From contig CAYSIN010000004.1 in the NCBI GenBank assembly GCA_964431135.1, forward strand, positions 2,445-66,444: DNA of 64,000 nt, given 5' to 3'. Shown here piece after piece: positions 16,922-27,807 of this stretch. The first letter of the stretch is position 1, and each line of letters begins with the position of its first letter. Position numbers and translations under genes: made by a program. Origin of the DNA: an uncultured Bacteroidales bacterium. GTDB lineage: Bacteria; Bacteroidota; Bacteroidia; Bacteroidales; GWA2-32-17. The notes under the pieces are model-generated. The model made no database searches. It was given only the letters and a program-made list of their open reading frames with translations, and was not told where the DNA came from.

Positions 16922-19519
16922 ATGGCTGTCGATTCAACACCACTCATGCGACAATACAATCACATCAAGGCACAATACCCTGATGCTATTTTGCTGTTTC
17001 GCGTAGGTGATTTTTATGAAACATTTGGTGACGATGCGGTAAAAACATCCTCTATACTTGGCATTACTCTTACCAGCCGAAATAACGGTTATGCATCCGA
17101 AATGCCACTGGCCGGATTTCCCTATCATGCTTTGGATACTTATCTGCCTAAACTTGTACGAGCCGGACAGCGTGTTGCCATTTGTGACCAACTGGAAGAC
17201 CCTAAACTTGCAAAAACCATTGTCAAACGAGGTGTTACCGAATTAGTAACTCCAGGTATTGTAACCAACGAAACAGTTTTAAATACCAAAGAAAATCATT
17301 TTTTGGCATCTATTTATTTTGACAAGAAATTGTTTGGCATTGCTTTACTCGACATTTCTACCGGTGAGTTTTTGGTGAATGAAGGCTCTGAAGAACAAAT
17401 TGAAAAATTACTGCAATGTTTTCAGCCCAAAGAAGTGTTGTACGAAAGAAGTAAACAAGAGCATTTTTCTGCATGGCTGGGTCAACAATATTATCTGTAT
17501 AAATTGGATGATTGGTATTTCACGTTTGAAACGGCTTCGGAACGTTTATGCAAGCAATTTAATGTACAATCGCTAAAAGGTTTTGGTATTAATGATTTTA
17601 CTGTTGCCATTTCAGCTGCCGGTGCCGTTTTACAATATTTAAACGCTACGCAACACGACAAACTGCAACATATTTCTCACATTTCTCGCTTAAATAATGA
17701 GGAATACGTGTGGATAGATAAATTTTCCTTACGTAATTTAGAGTTGTTATTTTCTTCTAATGAAAATGCCAAAACGCTGGTAGATGTCATAGACAAGACC
17801 CAGACACCTATGGGTTCACGTTTGCTGAAGCGATGGATAGCCTTCCCTATGACGGATATTCAACAAATTCAAACAAGACTTAATGCTATAGATTTTTTTC
17901 TTCAAAACGAGCAAATTGTTAATACCCTATCTGAACAATTGAAACAAACAGGCGATTTGGAACGTCTTGTATCAAAAATTTCTATAGGTAAGGCAGGTCC
18001 CAGAGACGTATTACAAATAAATAATGCCTTAATAGCAATAAAGCAGATTATTCCACTTTTTCCTATAAATTCACCTTTGGCATTATTGGTAGAACAGTTA
18101 AACGAATGTTCTTCCCTTGCTGAAAAAATTCAAAAGCAAATTAATTCTGAGGCACCCGTCTTTTTAAACAAGGGGGACGTTATTTGTTCTGGTGTTCACA
18201 GCGAACTGGACGAATTGAGAGACATACTGTATCATAGCCATGAATATCTGAATCAACTCCAAATAAAGGAAAGCCAACGTACTAATATTCCTTCTTTAAA
18301 AATAAGTTTTAATAATGTATTCGGATATTATATTGAGGTTCGAAATACGCATAAAGATAAAGTTCCAACGGAATGGATTCGCAAGCAAACACTGGTAAGT
18401 GCCGAACGATACATTACTCAGGAATTGAAAGAATATGAAGAAAAAATTTTGGGTGCCAAAGAAAAAATTTTAGAAATTGAAAATCAACTGTTTCAAAAAC
18501 TATTGGCAGAAATTCTTACGTTTGTACCAACACTTCAGTTAAATGCAACGATTTTGGCACAGTTGGATTGTTTATTATCTCTGGCCACTGTAGCCAAAGA
18601 AAACAATTATTCCAGACCAGACATCAACGAGAGTTTTATAATCGACATAAAAGAAGGCAGGCATCCTGTAATAGAAAAGCAACTACCACCCGACAAACCA
18701 TTCATTCCAAATGATATTTATCTTGATTCCGAGAATCAGCAAATAATTGTTATTACAGGTCCAAACATGTCTGGTAAATCGGCATTGCTGCGACAAACAG
18801 CCATTATTGTATTACTGGCACAAATGGGTTCGTTTGTACCTGCCAAAGAGGCTCATATAGGACTTGTAGATAAAATATTTACCCGTGTAGGTGCCAGCGA
18901 TAACATTTCTCAGGGTGAAAGTACTTTTATGGTTGAAATGATTGAAACGGCTACTATTCTAAATAATTTGTCGCCACGCAGTTTGATTTTGCTTGATGAA
19001 ATTGGACGAGGTACAAGTACCTACGATGGTATTTCTATTGCATGGGCAATTGCCGAACATATTCACGAACATGTAAACGGAAAACCAAGAACGCTATTTG
19101 CTACGCATTATCACGAATTGAACGAAATGGAAAAATCGTTTGAACGAATAAAAAATTTCCATGTAAGTGTGAAGGAAATAAATAATCAGGTTCTTTTTTT
19201 GCGAAAACTGCTCCCTGGTGGAACCGAACACAGTTTCGGCATTCATGTGGCTGAAATGGCAGGTATGCCTAAAAGTGTACTTAATCGTAGCAAAGATATT
19301 CTAAAACAACTCGAAAAAGGCAATTCAAAAAATGAATTATCAAAGCCGGTAGATAAAATTGCCGATGAACGTGAAGGCTTTCAATTGTCGATTTTTCAAC
19401 TGGATGACCCTGTACTTAAGCAAATACGCGACCAAATCAAAAACCTTGACATCAATAATCTTACTCCCATAGAAGCCCTAAACAAACTAAGCGAAATAAA
19501 AAAAATTACAGGATTGTAA
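16922..19519 (+). CDS. mutS: DNA mismatch repair protein MutS
   Basis: The protein is 865 aa with an N-terminal mismatch-binding motif (TPLMRQY...GDFYETF), a Walker A (GPNMSGKS), and DEIGRGTSTYDG and TH motifs. Confidence 0.95.
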   Translation: MAVDSTPLMRQYNHIKAQYPDAILLFRVGDFYETFGDDAVKTSSILGITLTSRNNGYASEMPLAGFPYHALDTYLPKLVRAGQRVAICDQLEDPKLAKTIVKRGVTELVTPGIVTNETVLNTKENHFLASIYFDKKLFGIALLDISTGEFLVNEGSEEQIEKLLQCFQPKEVLYERSKQEHFSAWLGQQYYLYKLDDWYFTFETASERLCKQFNVQSLKGFGINDFTVAISAAGAVLQYLNATQHDKLQHISHISRLNNEEYVWIDKFSLRNLELLFSSNENAKTLVDVIDKTQTPMGSRLLKRWIAFPMTDIQQIQTRLNAIDFFLQNEQIVNTLSEQLKQTGDLERLVSKISIGKAGPRDVLQINNALIAIKQIIPLFPINSPLALLVEQLNECSSLAEKIQKQINSEAPVFLNKGDVICSGVHSELDELRDILYHSHEYLNQLQIKESQRTNIPSLKISFNNVFGYYIEVRNTHKDKVPTEWIRKQTLVSAERYITQELKEYEEKILGAKEKILEIENQLFQKLLAEILTFVPTLQLNATILAQLDCLLSLATVAKENNYSRPDINESFIIDIKEGRHPVIEKQLPPDKPFIPNDIYLDSENQQIIVITGPNMSGKSALLRQTAIIVLLAQMGSFVPAKEAHIGLVDKIFTRVGASDNISQGESTFMVEMIETATILNNLSPRSLILLDEIGRGTSTYDGISIAWAIAEHIHEHVNGKPRTLFATHYHELNEMEKSFERIKNFHVSVKEINNQVLFLRKLLPGGTEHSFGIHVAEMAGMPKSVLNRSKDILKQLEKGNSKNELSKPVDKIADEREGFQLSIFQLDDPVLKQIRDQIKNLDINNLTPIEALNKLSEIKKITGL

Positions 19520-19616
19520 GCCCATTTGATACCTATACTTTATTCAAAAGCAATGAAAATAAATATTATTGCTTAAAAAAATAATACGGATACACACCAT
19601 TAATTAAAAAAAGTAT

Positions 19617-19624
19617 TACCTTTG
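19617..19624 (+). promoter_or_regulatory. Candidate -7 promoter box (TACCTTTG) for the rimP-nusA-infB operon
   Basis: It matches TAnnTTTG about 70 nt upstream of the rimP ATG. Confidence 0.4.
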
Positions 19625-19649
19625 CAGCAAATTCAGGGAGATTTTGGTA

Positions 19650-19676
19650 AACAGGGGACAATGTTTGTCCCCTGTT
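19650..19676 (+). promoter_or_regulatory. Perfect 12-bp GC-rich hairpin in the rimP-nusA-infB leader (candidate attenuator or leader structure)
   Basis: The hairpin is AACAGGGGACAA-TGT-TTGTCCCCTGTT, followed by GCTTTAAAT. It ends 18 nt upstream of the rimP start. Confidence 0.45.
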
Positions 19677-19694
19677 GCTTTAAATATAAATAAA

Positions 19695-20120
19695 ATGAAA
19701 GAGACTATTCGCAAAATAGCAGAACAGACTCCTTTGACAAAAAAAATGAACGTTTTTGATGTTGTCAAAGAAGGAAAGGACTCGTATGCAGTATATATCG
19801 AAAGTCTTGACGGCATTACCATTGACGATTGTTCTACAGTATCAAAATATATAAGAGACCACCTTCCAGAAAATACTCAGATTGAACTAACGGTATCGTC
19901 GGTAGGACTTGATAAACCACTTCGCTCGCCCATTCAATTTCAACAAAACATAGGACAAACGGTTGAAGTTGAAACATCGGAACATAAAAAAGTTACAGGG
20001 ACACTTATATCCTATACACCCGAATTTATAATTGTATCGGTAAAGGGGAAAAAGAAAGAAACCAAAGAATATCAATTTAATTTCAATGAAATAAAAAAAG
20101 TAAGAATAAAATTGTTTTAA
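19695..20120 (+). CDS. rimP: Ribosome maturation factor RimP
   Basis: It is ~141 aa, sits immediately upstream of nusA (conserved synteny), and has RimP-like N- and C-domain composition (LTVSSVGLDKPL). I prefer the ATG at 19695 over the upstream TTG. Confidence 0.8.
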   Translation: MKETIRKIAEQTPLTKKMNVFDVVKEGKDSYAVYIESLDGITIDDCSTVSKYIRDHLPENTQIELTVSSVGLDKPLRSPIQFQQNIGQTVEVETSEHKKVTGTLISYTPEFIIVSVKGKKKETKEYQFNFNEIKKVRIKLF

Positions 20121-20122
20121 TT

Positions 20123-21364
20123 ATGAAAAATTTGAACTTAATGGAGTTTTTTGCTGATTTCAAGGAGCAAAAAAATATTGACAGACCCACACTGATGAAG
20201 ATATTGGAAGAAGTGTTGCAAAATGCGTTAAAACGAGAATACGGTTCATCCGACAATTTTAACATTATTATCAATCCAGATAAAAACGATTTTGAAATAT
20301 GGCATAATCGCATTGTTGTTGCAGATAAGGATTTGGAAGACCCATTAAAGCAAATTCCCTTGTCGGAAGCCCAAAAAATAGATAAAGATTATGAAATTGA
20401 TGAAGAAGTTTCGGAAGCCGTTGACATTAATTCTTTCAACAGGCGTACTGTTTTATCCATGCGTCAGACCTTGCAAGCCAAAATACTGGAATACGAAAAA
20501 AGTAATGTATTTAATAAATATAAGGAAAAAATTGGTGAAATAGTATCGGGTGAAGTTTATCAAATATGGAAAAAAGAACTATTATTATTGGATGATGAAG
20601 GGAATGAACTGATATTACCACGCAGTGAACAAATTCCAACGGACTTTTTTCACAAAGGCGATACGGTTCGCGGAGTACTGATAAAAGTAGAAATGAAAAA
20701 CGAAATGCCGTATATTATTGTATCACGAACATCGCCAGTATTTTTGGAACGACTGTTTGAATTGGAAGTACCTGAAATATATGATGGACTGATTACCATA
20801 AAAAAAATTGTTCGTATTCCGGGTGAACGCGCCAAAATTGCGGTAGAATCGTACGATGAACGCATAGACCCTGTAGGTGCCTGCGTAGGTGTTAAAGGGT
20901 CTCGTATTCATGGCATTGTTCGCGAACTGCGAAATGAAAATATTGACGTTATTAATTATACTTCGAATACAGCATTGTATATTCAGCGTGCTCTTAGTCC
21001 TGCAAAAGTTTCGGACATTAAGGTTTATGAAAACGAAAAACATGCCGAAGTTTATCTTAACCCCGACCAGGTTTCGCTTGCTATTGGCAAGGGTGGCTTT
21101 AACATTAAACTTGCCAGTCAACTTACCGGATATGAAATTGATGTATTCCGCAACCTTGTAGAAGGCGAAGAAGAAGATATTGATTTGTCCGAATTTACAG
21201 ACGAAATAGATGAATGGGTTATTGAAGAATTAAAGAAAATTGGATGCGATACAGCAAAAAGTGTTTTGAAATATTCGCCCGACGAATTAGCCCGATTAAC
21301 CGATTTAGAAGATGAAACTATTCAACAACTTATTGACGTTATTAAAGCAGAATTTGAATCATAA
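20123..21364 (+). CDS. nusA: Transcription termination/antitermination factor NusA
   Basis: The protein is 413 aa with an S1 domain (GEIVSGEV) and KH domains (DPVGACVGVKGSRI, LAIGKGGFNIKLAS). Confidence 0.95.
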   Translation: MKNLNLMEFFADFKEQKNIDRPTLMKILEEVLQNALKREYGSSDNFNIIINPDKNDFEIWHNRIVVADKDLEDPLKQIPLSEAQKIDKDYEIDEEVSEAVDINSFNRRTVLSMRQTLQAKILEYEKSNVFNKYKEKIGEIVSGEVYQIWKKELLLLDDEGNELILPRSEQIPTDFFHKGDTVRGVLIKVEMKNEMPYIIVSRTSPVFLERLFELEVPEIYDGLITIKKIVRIPGERAKIAVESYDERIDPVGACVGVKGSRIHGIVRELRNENIDVINYTSNTALYIQRALSPAKVSDIKVYENEKHAEVYLNPDQVSLAIGKGGFNIKLASQLTGYEIDVFRNLVEGEEEDIDLSEFTDEIDEWVIEELKKIGCDTAKSVLKYSPDELARLTDLEDETIQQLIDVIKAEFES

Positions 21365-21405
21365 GAAATTTGTATTTTTACCGATATTCTAATTAAAGAA
21401 AGTGT

Positions 21406-24378
21406 ATGCCAGAAACTAAATCATTACGCCTAAATAAAGTAGCAACAGAATTAAATGTTGGAGTTGAAACTATTGTCGAATTTCTTAAAAACAAGAAGCA
21501 TTTTGACATAGAAAACAATCCCAATGCAAAAATAACGCAGGAAATGTACGATGAACTACTTAAGGAATTTAGTTCTGACAGCAATTTGAAAAAAAAATCA
21601 GAATCCATAGAAATTTCTACCGAGAAATCGCGTAGTATAACCATTGATGACGTAAACACTACCAAAGAACAACTTTCTACCAAAAAAGACGAGGAAGAGG
21701 AAGAAGAAGATATTATTCTTCAAAAACCGATAATATCAGGTCCAAAAATTGTTGGCAAGGTTGAACTGAATTCGCCTAAACCCAAGGAAGAAAAAAAAGA
21801 ACCTGCTCCTGAAATTAAACCAACATCGACTCAACCAAAAAACAAAAAAGAAAAAAATAAGACCGAATCATCGCCCACATCGGAATTTATTGAAACCGAA
21901 ATTCCTCAACTTAAAAATCTCAACGTTATTTCTCGTGTCAACTTAGAAGAAGAAAAAAAACACTCCAAAAAATCAGAAAAAAAATATAAAGATAAAAAAA
22001 GCCATTCCAAAGAAAAGAGTCAAAAAATAGAAGAAACGAAAGTTTTACCAGCGTTAGAAGAAGAAAAACGTGAAAAAGAAGTATCCAAACCCGAACCAAA
22101 ACCAGAAGAAATTTATCGTCCTGAAATACAAAAAATTGATGCACCCAAAGTAGTAGATAAAATAGATTTGACTCAGTTTGCTCAAAAACCTGTTCAAAAA
22201 CCCAAAGAAAAGAAATCCTCGTCTCGCCATCATCCTGACAAGAAAAAAGATAAAACACAAAAGGAAAAACCATCCAAAGAACCATCATCGCCTGTTTTTT
22301 CAACTTCCACTGAAAAAGAAGGAGAACATGCACGGAAAAAACATAAACGTAAACGCATTAATATTTCTAAAGTGCAGGATGTAAAAACCGGCACGGATGT
22401 CTTTCAAAAAAATGAACTACCTGCTAAAAAAACATTTTCCAAAAAAGATAAAAAGAAAAAACATCGATACGAAGTGGACGAAGAAGAAGTGGACCGTTCT
22501 GTAAAATCTACTTTTGCTTCCATGCTCAATAAAACCAAATCTCAGACCTCCAAATACCGTCGTGAAAAACGGGATGCTGTTAGTCAAAAAATGCAAGATG
22601 AACAGGAACAACTCGCAAAAGAAAAAAATATTATAAAAATAACAGAATTTGTGTCTGTCAATGAATTGGCAAACCTTATGAATGTTCCCGTAAACGAAGT
22701 CATTGCTACATGTATGAGTTTAGGGTTGTTTGTATCCATTAATCAACGGCTTGATGCAGATACCATTTCCATTATTGCCGATGAATTTGGTTTTAAGACT
22801 GAATTTATTACGGTAGATGTACAAACCGATTACGAAGACAAGCAGGAAGATAATCCCGATGATGTAACGTCTCGTCCACCTATTGTTACAGTAATGGGCC
22901 ATGTGGACCATGGCAAAACCAAATTGCTTGACTATATAAGAAACACGAATGTGGTTGCTGGCGAAGCCGGTGGCATAACGCAGCATATAGGTGCATACAG
23001 TGTAAAACTTGACAATGGTCGGCAAATAACTTTTTTGGACACTCCCGGTCACGAAGCCTTTACAGCAATGCGTGCGCGTGGTGCACAAGTTACCGATATA
23101 GCCATCATTGTTATTGCGGCAGACGACGGTGTTATGCCACAAACCGTTGAAGCCATTAATCATGCTCAGGCAGCTGGCGTTCCTATGATTTTTGCAATAA
23201 ATAAAATTGATAAACCGGGAGCCAATCCAGATAAAATACGAGAACAATTGTCAAAAATGAATATTTTGCTTGAAGAATGGGGCGGCAAATATCAATCGCA
23301 GGAAATTGCTGCCAAACAAGGACTAAACGTTGATTTGTTGCTCGAAAAAATATTGCTCGAAACCGATTTGCTCGAACTTAAAGCAAATCCCAAAAGGCTT
23401 GCCTCAGGCGTTGTTCTCGAATCATCGCTCGACAAGGGAAAAGGATATGTTGCCAATTGTCTTGTTAAAAATGGTACACTTCACATAGGCGATATTGTTC
23501 TGGCAGGAACTTTTTATGGTCGTATTAAAGCTATGTTTAACGAACGCAATTTACGTTTGACCGAAGCCGGTCCAGCCATACCTGTTCAGGTGCTGGGATT
23601 GAATGGCGCTCCACAAGCCGGCGACAAGTTTAATGTATTAACATCTGAGCAGGAAGCCAAAGATATTGCAACCAAACGTGGCCAGATTATACGTGAACAA
23701 GGATTACGCACACAAAAACATATTACTCTGGAAGAATTAGGTCGCCGCTTAAAAGTTGGTAATTTTAAAGAACTGAATATTATCGTTAAAGGTGATGTGG
23801 ACGGTTCTATTGAAGCATTAAGCGATTCACTCATCAAACTCAGCAACGAAGAAATACAGGTAAATGTGATTCATAAAGCCGTAGGACAAATTTCCGAATC
23901 GGATATTATGCTGGCTGCTGCTTCCGAAGCCATTATTATTGGTTTTCAGGTACGACCCTCTATCGGAGCACGCAAATTGGCAGAACAAGAACAAATCGAA
24001 ATTCGCTTGTATTCCATTATTTACGATGCCATCGAAGAAATAAAACTGGCTATGGAAGGTATGTTGTCACCTATAATTAAGGAAGAAATTTTAGGTGCTG
24101 CCGAAGTAAAAGAAATTTTCAAAATAGGCAAGGTGGGTACTATTGCCGGATGTCTTGTTCACGAAGGAAAAATTGTTAGAACAGCCAAAGTACGCCTTAT
24201 TCGTGATGGCATTGTTACCTATTCCGGTGAATTAAATTCATTGAAACGCTTTAAGGATGACGCTAAGGAAGTATCGGCAGGGTTGGAATGTGGTTTAGGA
24301 ATTGACAAATTTAACGATATAAAAGTTGGCGATATTATTGAGGCTTTTGTTGAAACAGAAATGAAGAAAAAACTGTAA
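21406..24378 (+). CDS. infB: Translation initiation factor IF-2
   Basis: The protein is 990 aa with a long K/E-rich N-terminal region. GTPase motifs are present ([17 protein letters not shown]), along with a conserved C-terminal domain. Confidence 0.95.
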   Translation: MPETKSLRLNKVATELNVGVETIVEFLKNKKHFDIENNPNAKITQEMYDELLKEFSSDSNLKKKSESIEISTEKSRSITIDDVNTTKEQLSTKKDEEEEEEDIILQKPIISGPKIVGKVELNSPKPKEEKKEPAPEIKPTSTQPKNKKEKNKTESSPTSEFIETEIPQLKNLNVISRVNLEEEKKHSKKSEKKYKDKKSHSKEKSQKIEETKVLPALEEEKREKEVSKPEPKPEEIYRPEIQKIDAPKVVDKIDLTQFAQKPVQKPKEKKSSSRHHPDKKKDKTQKEKPSKEPSSPVFSTSTEKEGEHARKKHKRKRINISKVQDVKTGTDVFQKNELPAKKTFSKKDKKKKHRYEVDEEEVDRSVKSTFASMLNKTKSQTSKYRREKRDAVSQKMQDEQEQLAKEKNIIKITEFVSVNELANLMNVPVNEVIATCMSLGLFVSINQRLDADTISIIADEFGFKTEFITVDVQTDYEDKQEDNPDDVTSRPPIVTVMGHVDHGKTKLLDYIRNTNVVAGEAGGITQHIGAYSVKLDNGRQITFLDTPGHEAFTAMRARGAQVTDIAIIVIAADDGVMPQTVEAINHAQAAGVPMIFAINKIDKPGANPDKIREQLSKMNILLEEWGGKYQSQEIAAKQGLNVDLLLEKILLETDLLELKANPKRLASGVVLESSLDKGKGYVANCLVKNGTLHIGDIVLAGTFYGRIKAMFNERNLRLTEAGPAIPVQVLGLNGAPQAGDKFNVLTSEQEAKDIATKRGQIIREQGLRTQKHITLEELGRRLKVGNFKELNIIVKGDVDGSIEALSDSLIKLSNEEIQVNVIHKAVGQISESDIMLAAASEAIIIGFQVRPSIGARKLAEQEQIEIRLYSIIYDAIEEIKLAMEGMLSPIIKEEILGAAEVKEIFKIGKVGTIAGCLVHEGKIVRTAKVRLIRDGIVTYSGELNSLKRFKDDAKEVSAGLECGLGIDKFNDIKVGDIIEAFVETEMKKKL

Positions 24379-24399
24379 TCTCTTTAGTTTATCGAGGGC

Positions 24400-25458
24400 A
24401 TGAAAATTTTTATTACCGGAGTCGCTGGGTTTATAGGATATCACTTAACCAAACACCTGCTTCAAAAAGATTATACCATTGTTGGCTTGGACAATATCAA
24501 CACCTATTATGATGTTGAATTGAAATACAGTCGCCTTGCTGACCTTGGTATTTCCAAAGAAAATATTTTTGAGCATAAGGAGACACAAAGTTCAACTTAT
24601 TCTTCGTTTACCTTTATCAAAGCCCATTTGGAAGATAAAGATATTATTTTTGATATATTCACTCATTTTAAGCCCGATGTTGTATGTCATTTGGCAGCAC
24701 AGGCAGGTGTTCGATATAGTTTTGAAAATCCCTATACGTATATTTCTTCCAATATTTCAGGTTTTTTAAACATATTAGAAGCATGCCGGTTTAACCCGGT
24801 AAAGCACTTACTTTTTGCCAGCAGCAGCAGTGTATATGGAATAAATAGCAAAATGCCATTGTCGGTATTGCATCATGCAGACCACCCAGCCAGTTTATAT
24901 GCAGCAACCAAAAAAAGCAATGAACTCATGGCTCATTCATACAGTTATCTGTTTCAAATTCCCTGTACCGGCTTACGTTTTTTTACAGTGTATGGACCAT
25001 GGGGACGCCCCGATATGGCGTTATTTAAATTTACCAAAAATATTCTGACTCATCAACCTATCGATGTATTCAATCATGGAGAAATGTCCCGCGATTTTAC
25101 TTATATTGATGATATTATCTATTCCGTAGAACGATTGCTGTTGCTCCCACCAAAGCCAAATCCCAATTGGAACGACAACATAAATGACGACCCTTCCCTT
25201 TCTGTAGCACCTTATCGCATTTTAAATATAGGCAACGGACATCCTGTTAAATTAATGGATTTTATTGCCGTTATTGAAAATGAATTGAACATGAAAAGTG
25301 AAATAAACTTTTTACCCTTACAGCCTGGTGATATGATATGTACATACGCCGATACTCATGCCCTTATAAAATTAACAGGTTTTAAACCCAATACGCCTAT
25401 CGAAAAAGGCATTAAAGAATTTATTACGTGGTATTTAGTACATTTCCAAAAAAAATAG
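24400..25458 (+). CDS. NAD-dependent epimerase/dehydratase (UDP-glucuronate 4-epimerase-like)
   Basis: It has a Rossmann motif (GVAGFIGYH), a catalytic YxxxK (YAATKKSNE) and the segment RFFTVYGPWGRPDMA. Confidence 0.85.
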   Translation: MKIFITGVAGFIGYHLTKHLLQKDYTIVGLDNINTYYDVELKYSRLADLGISKENIFEHKETQSSTYSSFTFIKAHLEDKDIIFDIFTHFKPDVVCHLAAQAGVRYSFENPYTYISSNISGFLNILEACRFNPVKHLLFASSSSVYGINSKMPLSVLHHADHPASLYAATKKSNELMAHSYSYLFQIPCTGLRFFTVYGPWGRPDMALFKFTKNILTHQPIDVFNHGEMSRDFTYIDDIIYSVERLLLLPPKPNPNWNDNINDDPSLSVAPYRILNIGNGHPVKLMDFIAVIENELNMKSEINFLPLQPGDMICTYADTHALIKLTGFKPNTPIEKGIKEFITWYLVHFQKK

Positions 25459-25490
25459 TTCATCCCAAAAAAAGATGAACTATTTTTTTT
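25456..25490 (+). terminator. Rho-independent terminator
   Basis: The hairpin TAGTTCATC-(9 nt)-GATGAACTA is followed by T8 and overlaps the stop codon. Confidence 0.75.
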
Positions 25491-25505
25491 ATAAAAATAC
25501 CATGA

Positions 25506-27287
25506 TTATTTAGCGTTTACTTTCTTTTTAGCACTGGAATAAGGTACTGAGAAAATTCCACTAACCGTTGCTCCCAGAGAACCTGTACCTGAGAAAACAC
25601 CTTCCATTAATTTTCCCTGTACTGCATTAAATTTGGTAAATTTAATGGTACCGTTAATCAGAGTATCAGGATCTGTCATCTGTTGCGTACCAAATTGAAT
25701 TTTAAAATCGGAAGGGATAGCATAGGTTTGATTGACCATTGGAGGCAAAGATGCATTGGCACTCATTATAGTAAACGTACCATTATTAGGTACATGAACA
25801 TAAATGTCCATATAGGGAACAGAACAGTATGATGAAATACTTGCACCATCTGGCATACCGGTAATATTAAAAATTACAGAACCGTTGACCGTTAGTTTAT
25901 TTGCTCCGGGTGTAGCAGGCATAACCATATCGGCATTTGTAGTATCTGTTGGGTAATTAATATACTTAGTAACTGAATTGGTAGCCGTTTTAGCTATCAG
26001 TGTAACATAATTTGCAGTTGCATCAACAGGTAGAACAAATTTGCCAAGGTTGTTGGTAAAGGTAATTACTTTTTGCTGTGAAGTAGAATACCATTCGGCA
26101 CTTACACATACATTAGGCAAAAGAGCACCATCGGCACTTCTTACAGTTCCTCTTAATAAAACAGTATTGCCCGAGGGAATGCTAAAGTCAACTCTGTAAC
26201 TTTGGTTATCTTGTAATCCCGTACTGAATATATAAGGATTGAATGCAACACCTGCGAATACGGGAACTACAACAATATTGTCAACGCCAGCAGGCACTTT
26301 GGCTTCGTATCGTCCATCCTGGTCCGTTATCACTATTTGTCTGCCTACGCGTACTTTCATACCAGAAACACTTACACTATCGCTGCCCACTAATTTTTTT
26401 ACATAACCATAGATGGTGGCTTTGCCAATGAATGATTTTTGACAACTCCAATATGAAAAATGCGCTACTTCACCTTGATACTTGTCACCATATTTAACAG
26501 CACTTCCTTTTTCACTTGCCATACATAAATTGGTATTGTATTCCCATAAACTGATATTGTTGGGGGCTATACTTTGCATGGCAGGCGGAATAAGCATTTT
26601 AACCGTTGCTTTTTTATTATGAACACTGTCTAACACAAGTTTGTTCCCTGAGTTGTCTGTTATAACGACATTTAATCCTGCAAAAGGGTTTAACATTACA
26701 TCCGTATTATTTATATCTTTACCATATAAATCACCTCCGAAAACAAACATGCCATAATCATCCCACGACGGATCTAAATAACATGCCTTAACGGTTACAT
26801 TTCCAGAAAAAGCAGACCCATCCGATTTAACAAACGCATTAGCAGGAAACGAAATAATACTTCCGTTGGGAAGAGTTATTGAATCGGCTTGTGTAGATGT
26901 ATAAGAAATTTGTCCTGCATACGTATAATCTGTTTCAGAAATTAATCCAACCGATAAATTAATTGGCTTGCCTGATTGTGGAATACCAGAGCGGTGCAAA
27001 GAAAAATATCCCGTTTTTTCGAAAGAAACAGAAAACCGACTTGTACTGAAAGTAACCGAAGGAATATAAAAAGCACCAAACTGATCGGTAGTTGTAGTAT
27101 ATGTACCTGCTTTAACGGTTACCGAAACAAGAGCATTCCCATATACATCTACTACGGTGCCGCTAATAGGAGCACTTATCGCTGTTGAATTTGTAGGAGT
27201 TGGCGTTTCTTCTTTGTCTTTTTTACAGGAAACAAAAAATGTGGCTGCTAAAGCCAGCAGAAACAAAAGTTTAGTTATGATTTTCAT
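25506..27287 (-). CDS. Lipoprotein with carboxypeptidase-regulatory-like (Ig-fold) domains
   Basis: The protein is 593 aa with a lipobox (FVSC). CarboxypepD_reg-like segments recur (GTVVDVYGNALVSVTV, GYVKK...VSGMKVRV, GTVRSADGALLPNVCV). Confidence 0.65.
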   Translation of the reverse strand: MKIITKLLFLLALAATFFVSCKKDKEETPTPTNSTAISAPISGTVVDVYGNALVSVTVKAGTYTTTTDQFGAFYIPSVTFSTSRFSVSFEKTGYFSLHRSGIPQSGKPINLSVGLISETDYTYAGQISYTSTQADSITLPNGSIISFPANAFVKSDGSAFSGNVTVKACYLDPSWDDYGMFVFGGDLYGKDINNTDVMLNPFAGLNVVITDNSGNKLVLDSVHNKKATVKMLIPPAMQSIAPNNISLWEYNTNLCMASEKGSAVKYGDKYQGEVAHFSYWSCQKSFIGKATIYGYVKKLVGSDSVSVSGMKVRVGRQIVITDQDGRYEAKVPAGVDNIVVVPVFAGVAFNPYIFSTGLQDNQSYRVDFSIPSGNTVLLRGTVRSADGALLPNVCVSAEWYSTSQQKVITFTNNLGKFVLPVDATANYVTLIAKTATNSVTKYINYPTDTTNADMVMPATPGANKLTVNGSVIFNITGMPDGASISSYCSVPYMDIYVHVPNNGTFTIMSANASLPPMVNQTYAIPSDFKIQFGTQQMTDPDTLINGTIKFTKFNAVQGKLMEGVFSGTGSLGATVSGIFSVPYSSAKKKVNAK

Positions 27288-27363
27288 ACATCAATTTTTT
27301 TAAGTTTATTGGCAGCAAAGATATGCCTTATTTTTTATTCTGCCAAATGATTTTTGGATGCGT

Positions 27364-27774
27364 TTAGGAATTTGCAACACCTATCGAGCGTTTTAACTGT
27401 TCTATATTACAATTCCATAAAACAACATTGTCTTCCTGTTCAGAGACTTCTGAAAAATCTGTTATTTTAAATAATGTTTCACTTCCATTACTTATAGATA
27501 AAATAGAAAATTCTATAAAGCATCCGTTATTTTCGTCGATATCTTCCTGCCACGAAAATTTTAAGTATTTACAATCCTTATATCCCAGAATAATAGCATT
27601 ATGCTGACTGTTGGACCATACAAATGTTATTGTTTTATTTTTAATATAAACTTTATCGGCAAACCATTTTGCCAATCCTTCTTCCGTAGCGATATGGCTA
27701 AAAAGAAGTTTAGGACTAACCGGTATTATATATTCCAATTCATATTGTGATTTCATGGTAAAAATATTTTTCAT
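27364..27774 (-). CDS. SRPBCC/START (AHSA1-like) domain protein
   Basis: The protein is 136 aa. The N-terminal pattern (P..LF..IATEEGLAKWFADKV) is typical of the Aha1/SRPBCC family. Confidence 0.6.
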   Translation of the reverse strand: MKNIFTMKSQYELEYIIPVSPKLLFSHIATEEGLAKWFADKVYIKNKTITFVWSNSQHNAIILGYKDCKYLKFSWQEDIDENNGCFIEFSILSISNGSETLFKITDFSEVSEQEDNVVLWNCNIEQLKRSIGVANS

Positions 27775-27807
27775 TATAAATTAAAACCTACTTACTTCAT
27801 GTTTGAC

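Noticed and set aside
20650-23846. Long antisense and alternative-frame ORFs (up to 175 aa) lie inside nusA and infB, including several across the K/E-rich IF-2 region.
   Set aside because: They are embedded in highly confident housekeeping genes. The poly-purine K/E-coding DNA gives stop-free F/L-rich antisense frames by composition alone.
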